A stretch of 14,687 nucleotides of DNA from Candidatus Methylomirabilis sp. (GTDB taxonomy: Bacteria; Methylomirabilota; Methylomirabilia; Methylomirabilales; Methylomirabilaceae), in the NCBI GenBank assembly GCA_041498975.1, contig JBGQJI010000056.1:1-14687 (forward strand), in the 5' to 3' direction. The notes beneath the pieces were generated by a model that was not told the DNA's origin, did no database searches, and was given only the letters and a program-made list of their open reading frames with translations. Positions within the stretch are counted from its first letter, which is position 1. Each line of letters starts with the position of its first letter. A program made the translations under genes and the position numbers. Below are positions 7,247-13,628 of the stretch, piece after piece.

Positions 7247-7515
7247 CCCTGAGCCCTGTCGAAGGGCGCGCCGAAGGCTCATGAGGCATTGCGAGCGACC
7301 AAGCTTCGCTGTTCCAGGTTCCGGGTTATGTAGAACTTGGAACTCGGCACTTGGAACCTAGAACCCTGTTGAGATTGCTTCGGCAGACTTCGTCAGCCTC
7401 GCAATGACAGACCCTTCGACTCAGCTCAGGCTGCGCACTGAGCCTGTCGAAGTGACAGGCGAGGGGTCTTGCTCCCCCGCGATGACTCGAGCGCGGGGAC
7501 TTTCGTGGGAATGAC
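7247..7515. repeat. Nested cluster of several palindromic repeat types
   Basis: CCCTGAGCCCTGTCGAAGGG (7247-7266), CCCTTCGACTCAGCTCAGG (7412-7430) and CTGAGCCTGTCGAAG (7438-7452). CATTGCGAG (7287-7295) pairs with CTCGCAATG (7398-7406). Heptamer tandem arrays at 7311-7368. CCCCGCG/CGCGGGG at 7475-7498. GGGAATGAC end at 7507-7515. Confidence 0.75.
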
Positions 7516-7546
7516 AATTGCTTTCTCCGGTCTTGGGTAGCACGAG

Positions 7547-7978
7547 TCACTTGATCGCGAGCTTCCCCTTGTGATCGAGCGGGGTGATCAGCGGGAAGCG
7601 CGTACAGCCGAAATCGAATACCCCCGACCGTTCTGCCAGAAACTCAATCGTCGCCTCTCGCCCCGGCTGCACGTAACGCCTGATCCCCAAGTCCGGGATT
7701 GAGAAGACATGCCGGGCGCCCTCGCTGCGAACGGTCACCTTGACCAGCGCCGATTTTCCCTCCCGGTCTACGCCGATGACGGACGGCTCACACCGATAGT
7801 TGCGCGCGACGATCGTGAAGGTGAGCCGCTTGGCCTCTGCAGGGGCACCAGCAGGCGGGGAAGTTTCCGGAAAGAAACCGCCGCACCCCGTAATGGCAAT
7901 AGCCGCGAGCAGCCAGGACCAAACCCTGTAGCCTCCAGGAATTCGCTGCTTGATCTGTAGACTTCCTCTGGTTCTCAT
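7547..7978 (-). CDS. Cupredoxin-domain lipoprotein with non-canonical metal site
   Basis: Lipobox-like AIAITGC (Cys32). Cupredoxin pattern IVARNYRCEPSVI...VTVRS...HVFSI...VQPGREATIEF...SGVFDFGC...HKGKLAIK. The start is uncertain. Confidence 0.8.
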   Translation of the reverse strand: MRTRGSLQIKQRIPGGYRVWSWLLAAIAITGCGGFFPETSPPAGAPAEAKRLTFTIVARNYRCEPSVIGVDREGKSALVKVTVRSEGARHVFSIPDLGIRRYVQPGREATIEFLAERSGVFDFGCTRFPLITPLDHKGKLAIK

Positions 7979-8107
7979 CTTCTTCTCTGCGGAACATTAC
8001 CACGGCGCTGGAAACATTTCAATCGGGAGATGATGAATGAGACTTCACAAATTCTAGGAAAGCTCCTATCATGGGAGGGTGCCGATGAACGTTCCCGACA
8101 CAGCCCT

Positions 8108-9490
8108 ATGCCAAAAGCCAAGATCCTGATCGCCGACGACGAGCCTGCCTCACGACGAGGGCTCCAGGAGCTCCTTGCAAGCTGGGGGTATGATGTCGCT
8201 GCCGCCGCCAACGGCGAGGAGGCCCTCGAGAAGGCATCCGAGTTCCAGCCGGCCCTGATCATCGCCGACCTCGTGATGCCCAAGATGGACGGGCTCGCCC
8301 TCCTCCACGCCCTCAAGGACGACGCCACCCCACCCTCACTGATTATCCTGACCGGCCAGGGAACTATCGAGACCGCAGTTGAGGCGATGCGCGAAGGGGC
8401 GTATGACTATCTCACCAAGCCGGTCGACGTGGGACGGCTCCGCCTCCTGATGGAGAAGGCGCTCGAGCGAGGGGCGGTACTGAAGGAGGTCAAGCTCCTG
8501 CGCCACCAAGTCCGCCACCTGGGCCGGTTCGGTCGGCTGGTCGGAAACACGCGAGCGATGAAAGAGGTCTACCGGCTGATGGAGCTGTCCGCTCCCAGCA
8601 CGGCGCCGGTCCTCATCTGGGGCGAGAGCGGGACCGGGAAGGAGCTGGCCGCTCGAACGATCCATGATCTTTCTCGCCGCAAACAGGGCCCGTTCGTTCC
8701 GATCAACTGTGCTGCCATCCCAGAGACGCTGTTGGAAAGCGAGATCTTCGGCCACGAAAAAGGGGCGTTCACCGGTGCCACCGAGCGGAGGATGGGATGC
8801 TTTGAACTGGCCGACGGCGGAACCATCTTTCTCGATGAGGTCGCCGAGATGAAGGTCCCGACCCAGGCCAAGTTCCTCAGGATCCTCCAGGAGGGGAATT
8901 TTCGCCGGGTGGGCGGCAAGACCGAAATCCGCGTCGATGTGCGAGTCATCGCCGCCACCAACAAGGAACCGGCCCAAGCGGTTCACGACGGCCTCATCCG
9001 CGAAGACCTCTACTACCGGCTGAACGTGTTCGGTCTCTATCTCCCCCCACTGCGTGAGCGGAGGGAGGATCTTCCGCTCCTCATCCAATCGTTCCTCGAG
9101 GAGTTCAACAGCAAATACGGGAAGGAGGTTCGCAGCGTGGATGCTGAGGCCCTCACCCTTCTCACCGATCACGATTGGCCCGGCAACGTTCGGGAGCTGC
9201 GGAACGTGCTCGAGCGCGCCATCCTGGTGGCCCAGGGCAAGGCGATCACCGCCGCGGACCTGCCGCCGGACTTCCGCGCGGTGCGCCGGGGGCCTGCACC
9301 GGAACTGGTCCTCCAGGTCGGCACAACCATCGATGAGGCGGAAAAAACACTGATCATGAAGACCCTCGAGCGAACGAACCGGAACAAGACGCGGGCTGCG
9401 GAGATCCTCGGCATCAGTTTGAAGACGTTGCACAACAAGCTGGCTCGCTACCGGGGGGAGACCCCCTCCGCTCCGGACGCAAAGGAATGA
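8108..9490 (+). CDS. Sigma54-dependent response regulator (NtrC/AtoC/ZraR family)
   Basis: Receiver domain ILIADDE, ADLVMPKMDG, LTKP. AAA+ domain GESGTGKE, intact GAFTGA, FLDEV, WPGNVREL. Fis-type HTH NKTRAAEILGISLKTLHNKL. ATG 8108 is preferred to 8030. Confidence 0.96.
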   Translation: MPKAKILIADDEPASRRGLQELLASWGYDVAAAANGEEALEKASEFQPALIIADLVMPKMDGLALLHALKDDATPPSLIILTGQGTIETAVEAMREGAYDYLTKPVDVGRLRLLMEKALERGAVLKEVKLLRHQVRHLGRFGRLVGNTRAMKEVYRLMELSAPSTAPVLIWGESGTGKELAARTIHDLSRRKQGPFVPINCAAIPETLLESEIFGHEKGAFTGATERRMGCFELADGGTIFLDEVAEMKVPTQAKFLRILQEGNFRRVGGKTEIRVDVRVIAATNKEPAQAVHDGLIREDLYYRLNVFGLYLPPLRERREDLPLLIQSFLEEFNSKYGKEVRSVDAEALTLLTDHDWPGNVRELRNVLERAILVAQGKAITAADLPPDFRAVRRGPAPELVLQVGTTIDEAEKTLIMKTLERTNRNKTRAAEILGISLKTLHNKLARYRGETPSAPDAKE

Positions 9491-9497
9491 TCGGCGA

Positions 9498-11303
9498 ATG
9501 ACGCTCGGCATCCGTGGCAAAGAGATCCTCGGCGTCACCCTCCTGGTCTTTCTGATCGTCTCGCTCATGACGGTCGTCCATCTGTCCACGACGACCCGCC
9601 TCGTCGTGCGGGACGCAGCGGAAAAGGGGAGCTTACTGGCCCGCCAGATATTCTCCGGTAGTACCCGGGCACTGGCGCGGGCGGGGTGGAGCACCCCTGA
9701 GGACGCCTTGAGCCGGGACCGGGAGGTGCACGCCCTGCTCGATTCAAGCATCGGCTACTCCCCGCACCTGCTGTACGCGATGATCACCGACCGCTCGGAC
9801 ACTATCCTGGTCCACAGCCAGCGCTCTCGCGAAGGGCACAAGGCGGCTCCGCGACCGCAGATCGAGCGGTTGCTCGAGATGAACGCGCTTCAGCAGCTCT
9901 TCACGCTCGCCGGCGGGCACCAGGTGTTCGAGACCACCCTGCCGCTCAGCCTCAATGAGGAGCCGTTCGGGGCGATCCGGCTCGGGCTCGCCGGAAGCCT
10001 GCTCTGGCGTGAGCTCTCCGCCGCCGTCAAGCGAAGCCTGCTCCTGGCTGCCCTGGCCTTCCCGCTCGCCTGGGTCGTGGCCCTTGGGCTGTCCAACCTG
10101 GTTCTGGTGCCGCTGCGTCAGATCGCCCAAGGTGTCGAGCGGATGGCGCGCGGTGAGTTCGACGCCCCGTTCGCATCCGACCGTGAGGACGAGTTGGGGC
10201 AAATCGCTGCAAAGCTCAACGTCCTGGGACGGCAGATCCAAGAAGACCGATCTTCCCTCATCAGCGAGAAGACCAGGCTGGAGGGGATCGTCCACCGGCT
10301 TGAGGACGCCATCATCCTGTTGAACAGAGACCAAGCGATCATCTTCGCCAATCCGGCGGCCGAGGCTCTGCTGGCACGCCCCCTCGTGGATGCCGCCGGT
10401 CAGTCGATGCAACAGGTCCTGGGGGTCACCCACCCCCTGGCAGAGGCAATCAGCGAAGCCTTCCGCCGGCAGCAGCCGGTGAAAAATCTCGCCCTCCAGG
10501 TGCCGAGGGACCAGGACGGACCCCTCGACGTCCTGGCCTCCGCCTATCCCGTTCTGGACGAGGGCGGCATCGTGGGAGGCATGATCCTCCTCAAGAACAC
10601 AGAACCGCTCCGACAGATCCAATCGCTTGTGGACTACTCTCAAAAGCTGGCGGACCTGGGAAAGCTGACGTCGGGCGTTGCGCACGAGGTCAAGAACCCG
10701 CTCAACGCCATGATCATCCACCTGGAACTGCTGAAACAGAAGCTGAACGACCCCCCGGACGGGGTGGCACAGAGTCTGGAAGTACTCGCGAATGAGATTT
10801 ATCGCCTCGACCGCGTGGTGCAGGGGTTCCTCCGTTTCGTGCGGCCCCAGGCGTTACAGCTCGTCCCTCTCGACCTGAACACCCTGCTCCAGGAAGTCGC
10901 CCAATTGACGGAGATCCAGGGGACACATCGAGCGATCACGTTCGCGCTTCGCCTTGACCACGAGATCTCCCCGATCAACGGAGATCATGAGCTGCTTCGA
11001 CAGGCTTTCCTCAACCTGGTCCTCAACGCTTGCCAGGCGATGCCCGATGGAGGGACGGTGACGCTCTCGACCGAGCGTACGCCTGTTGGTTCGATCCGAG
11101 CTCACGTGATCGATCAAGGGGTGGGCATCCCGACCGAGGATCTCGATAAGATCTTCCGCCTCTACTACACCACCAAGCCGGATGGGAACGGGATTGGACT
11201 GTCGCTGGTCTACCGCATCGTCCAGATGCACGGCGGCATCATCGAGGTTGACTCGAAGGGGGGCCGAGGAACCAGGATGACAATCATCTTTCCCGCGCAA
11301 TAA
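9498..11303 (+). CDS. Membrane sensor histidine kinase (2 TM, periplasmic domain, HAMP, PAS, HisKA, HATPase)
   Basis: Two hydrophobic segments, HAMP (PLRQI...REDELGQIA), PAS (IIFANPAAEALL), H-box GVAHEVKNPL, N-box NLVLNACQA, DQGVGI, YYTTK, GNGIGL. Confidence 0.96.
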   Translation: MTLGIRGKEILGVTLLVFLIVSLMTVVHLSTTTRLVVRDAAEKGSLLARQIFSGSTRALARAGWSTPEDALSRDREVHALLDSSIGYSPHLLYAMITDRSDTILVHSQRSREGHKAAPRPQIERLLEMNALQQLFTLAGGHQVFETTLPLSLNEEPFGAIRLGLAGSLLWRELSAAVKRSLLLAALAFPLAWVVALGLSNLVLVPLRQIAQGVERMARGEFDAPFASDREDELGQIAAKLNVLGRQIQEDRSSLISEKTRLEGIVHRLEDAIILLNRDQAIIFANPAAEALLARPLVDAAGQSMQQVLGVTHPLAEAISEAFRRQQPVKNLALQVPRDQDGPLDVLASAYPVLDEGGIVGGMILLKNTEPLRQIQSLVDYSQKLADLGKLTSGVAHEVKNPLNAMIIHLELLKQKLNDPPDGVAQSLEVLANEIYRLDRVVQGFLRFVRPQALQLVPLDLNTLLQEVAQLTEIQGTHRAITFALRLDHEISPINGDHELLRQAFLNLVLNACQAMPDGGTVTLSTERTPVGSIRAHVIDQGVGIPTEDLDKIFRLYYTTKPDGNGIGLSLVYRIVQMHGGIIEVDSKGGRGTRMTIIFPAQ

Positions 11304-11326
11304 CCCGCGGGGAGAGCGATAGGACC

Positions 11327-11728
11327 ATGAGTTCGCGTCCCATCATTACAATTCTGAGCCTTCTTCTCGCCGCAGGGTGCACTCAAGTAAAGGAAATCTT
11401 CACCCCCGCCAAACCGCCTCCCTCCCGCCCCACGCCGGCCAAGCCAGAACGTCGGGAACCTCCTGCTCGTCTCTCTCCCCAGGTCAGCTCTGGCCAGGAA
11501 GAGAAGCTGCTGGATGAGGCCACCTCCAAAATCCAGGCGACAGAACGGACGCTCCTGCTTATCGATGAGCGGAAGCTGAATTCCGATCAAAAGGACACCT
11601 ACCAGACAATTCAGAGCTTCCTCACTCAGGCAAAGGCTGCACTTTCTCGCAAGGATTTCCCACAAGCGATCAATCTCGCTCAAAAAGCAGAGGTACTCTC
11701 TGGCGAGCTCTCCGAAACTCAACGATAG
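11327..11728 (+). CDS. Putative lipoprotein with Pro-rich linker and helical domain
   Basis: Signal II lipobox LLLAAGC, Pro-rich PAKPPPSRPTPAKP, amphipathic helices. AGGA RBS. Starts 23 nt after the kinase stop. Confidence 0.85.
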   Translation: MSSRPIITILSLLLAAGCTQVKEIFTPAKPPPSRPTPAKPERREPPARLSPQVSSGQEEKLLDEATSKIQATERTLLLIDERKLNSDQKDTYQTIQSFLTQAKAALSRKDFPQAINLAQKAEVLSGELSETQR

Positions 11729-11992
11729 CTTATTTTTCAGCTTGTTAGCTCGCAATGTAATAATTACCATTCGAATGCGTCAACTCGCACGTGGTCCGCA
11801 AGCACACTCTTTCCATAGAGTTAGCCTCTCAGATCTTTGCGATCACCATTTCTAGGAAAAAAGTTCCAGTCGTAGCTTCTTCCTTCCATCCTCCGCGAGA
11901 GTTGTAACCATGAACCATGCCCTCCTGCTCGATCCGCCGAACCCCTTCATCTATAACACCTTATGGGATTATGGTACCCCTCGGCCTATGGC

Positions 11993-12007
11993 TGGCATGG
12001 CAGTTGC
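11993..12007 (+). promoter_or_regulatory. Sigma54 (-24/-12) promoter
   Basis: TGGCATGGCAGTTGC has GG-N10-GC spacing matching TGGCAC-N5-TTGC. It is in an intergenic region downstream of a sigma54 activator locus and 74 nt before the next CDS. Confidence 0.8.
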
Positions 12008-12081
12008 CTCTTACTCAGTCCAGAAATTGTTTCGATGGCGGATATTGCCATCGCCTCTAAAGAAAGGAGCATGAAAAGCAA

Positions 12082-12324
12082 ATGATAAAAAAATCCGCGG
12101 GTAAACGGATCGGCATAGCAGTACTGGTTCTCGCCCTCACCACCGGGTGTGCCGGGATGTCTACGCGACAGCAACGCGCGCTAAGCGGAGGCGCCATCGG
12201 TGCGGCGGGTGGCGCAGCGATCGGAGCCCTGGCCGGCAGTCCGACCACCGGGGCGATCGTCGGGGGCGCTGTGGGCACCGCCACGGGGGCCCTCTGGGAA
12301 GACCTCCGGAAGTCGATTCGCTGA
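12082..12324 (+). CDS. Glycine-zipper (YMGG-like) small lipoprotein
   Basis: Lipobox-like ALTTGC followed by GGAIGAAGGAAIGALAG...GAIVGGAVGTATGAL. Confidence 0.88.
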   Translation: MIKKSAGKRIGIAVLVLALTTGCAGMSTRQQRALSGGAIGAAGGAAIGALAGSPTTGAIVGGAVGTATGALWEDLRKSIR

Positions 12325-12330
12325 TGTCAA

Positions 12331-12399
12331 CGACCCCTGAGGAGAGATCGGATACATAGGGGAAAAGCGACCCCCTCCGATCTCTCCCAGTGGGGTCGC
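12331..12399 (+). other. Long intergenic stem-loop
   Basis: Perfect 12-bp stem GGAGAGATCGGA (12341-12352) / TCCGATCTCTCC (12376-12387), closed by CGACCCC (12331-12337) / GGGGTCG (12392-12398). No U-tract. Confidence 0.65.
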
Positions 12400-12449
12400 C
12401 CCAGCTATTCAATGACTAGAAAGCCGACAGGAAAGGGAAGCAGGCTACC

Positions 12450-12686
12450 ATGCTAAGGGGTTGGCTGGATGAGGTCGAGTCAGAAGTGATAGGGTATCTT
12501 CGAGACCACCAACCTGCCAGTCTCCATGACCTCGCTTCCGGCCTAAGAATCTCCGAAGCGCTCGCGCTGTCCTATATCAGCATCCTAGCGCGAGAAGGGA
12601 AGCTGATCATTGGCGGTCTGGGCATTCGAGGCCAAGGGGCCCGTGTGTCACGCGGTGATCGCGACCTCAACACGGCGACGGTATAG
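12450..12686 (+). CDS. Small winged-HTH-like protein
   Basis: EVIGYLRDHQPASLHDLASGLRISEALALSYISILAREGKL fits a wHTH pattern. Purine-rich upstream sequence. Confidence 0.7.
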   Translation: MLRGWLDEVESEVIGYLRDHQPASLHDLASGLRISEALALSYISILAREGKLIIGGLGIRGQGARVSRGDRDLNTATV

Positions 12687-12716
12687 ATGCCCAAGTCAGG
12701 GAAGGAGGGAACCACA

Positions 12717-12965
12717 ATGTCGAAAAACCTGGTGGCGCTCTTGATCGCTGGCGCGCTAATCCTTCTAAGCGCCCTCGAAATCACCTACATGAGCACCAAG
12801 AGCACAGAGCCGAACAAGCAGGTCACACTGCCGCTCGATGAGGGGAGGACGAAGCGGGTCCGCCCGCGGGCGGCGGTATCCGTCCAAGGATTACCGACAC
12901 AGGTCGCGCCCGGATCGTTGCCGGTCCGAGCGGCCCTGTCCGAGTCTCCATTGGGGCGAGAATGA
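12717..12965 (+). CDS. Small hypothetical protein with N-terminal signal/TM anchor
   Basis: Strong AAGGAGG RBS before ATG 12717, then MSKNLVALLIAGALILLSALEI. Confidence 0.6.
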   Translation: MSKNLVALLIAGALILLSALEITYMSTKSTEPNKQVTLPLDEGRTKRVRPRAAVSVQGLPTQVAPGSLPVRAALSESPLGRE

Positions 12966-13243
12966 GCGAGATGGGGCATGGCCCCTTCTACGGTTGCGTC
13001 GCCGGGTGGCCAACGGGGCGCCGCCCGGCAACAAGAGGGGCCAGCGTGCCACTCAAGGGAAAAGGTTCGCAGGCAGTCGGTACCTGGCAGAGCCAGACGA
13101 CGGTGGTCTACACTTACGCTCCCGCTCCTGCGGCGGTGGTGGTGAAACTGCGATGCCATGTGGGCGTATACGATCCCCCGTTCGGCAAGGCCTATGGTCT
13201 CAGGAAACAGGTGCGCACTGGCATGATGACGATTGATCGGTGA
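12962..13243 (+). CDS. Hypothetical protein (doubtful, possibly degraded)
   Basis: ATGA overlap with the previous stop, and it ends just before the terminator. No recognisable domain. Confidence 0.35.
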   Translation: MSEMGHGPFYGCVAGWPTGRRPATRGASVPLKGKGSQAVGTWQSQTTVVYTYAPAPAAVVVKLRCHVGVYDPPFGKAYGLRKQVRTGMMTIDR

Positions 13244-13290
13244 CGCACCGGCTCTCTAGCAGGGACTACGGCTTTCACCCCTCCCTGCTT

Positions 13291-13348
13291 GAGACGGCCT
13301 CCCCGGCCCGGTTTGCCTCCCCCCGAGCCGGAGAGGCCGTCTCTTTTT
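13291..13348 (+). terminator. Rho-independent terminator with extended stem and C-rich loop
   Basis: GAGACGGCCTC (13291-13301) / GAGGCCGTCTC (13333-13343) with inner CCGGC/GCCGG, followed by TTTTT (13344-13348). Confidence 0.85.
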
Positions 13349-13387
13349 CAGTCGACCTTCCAGTGGAGTGCCCCTGGGTTTGCAGAT

Positions 13388-13546
13388 CTATGACGATCCA
13401 AGAAACTGCTTGATGAGTGCCCTGGCCTCCTGTCCCGCCCAAGGCCTTGGCCCGAAGGCCCTCGCGACGATGACACCCTCCCGGTCGATCAAATACGTCA
13501 AGGGTAGGGCCCAGGCCCCATACAGGACGCTCACCTCACCCTCAGG
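13388..13546 (-). pseudogene. C-terminal remnant of a TlpA/ResA-family thioredoxin-like disulfide reductase
   Basis: Manual translation of the minus strand gives PEGEVSVLYGAWALPLTYLIDREGVIVARAFGPRPWAGQEARALIKQFLGSS*. It has the cis-Pro motif P-x-TYLIDREG. No CXXC and no ATG in frame between it and the upstream gene's stop. Confidence 0.8.
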
Positions 13547-13628
13547 CAGAGGGGGACTCCCCCGCAGCTTCTTCGCGGTCCGTGCAGACAGGAACTGGCC
13601 GCTTCTCCTTCGACTTGGAGATGATCGC

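Noticed and set aside
7311..7368. Heptamer repeats or the wider repeat cluster as a CRISPR array
   Set aside because: No constant 23-47 nt direct repeats with unique spacers, and no cas genes.
8336..9751. 471-aa minus-strand ORF (likewise 9744-10721 and 10854-11300)
   Set aside because: Antisense shadows of the motif-rich regulator and kinase genes, expected in GC-rich DNA. No motifs of their own.
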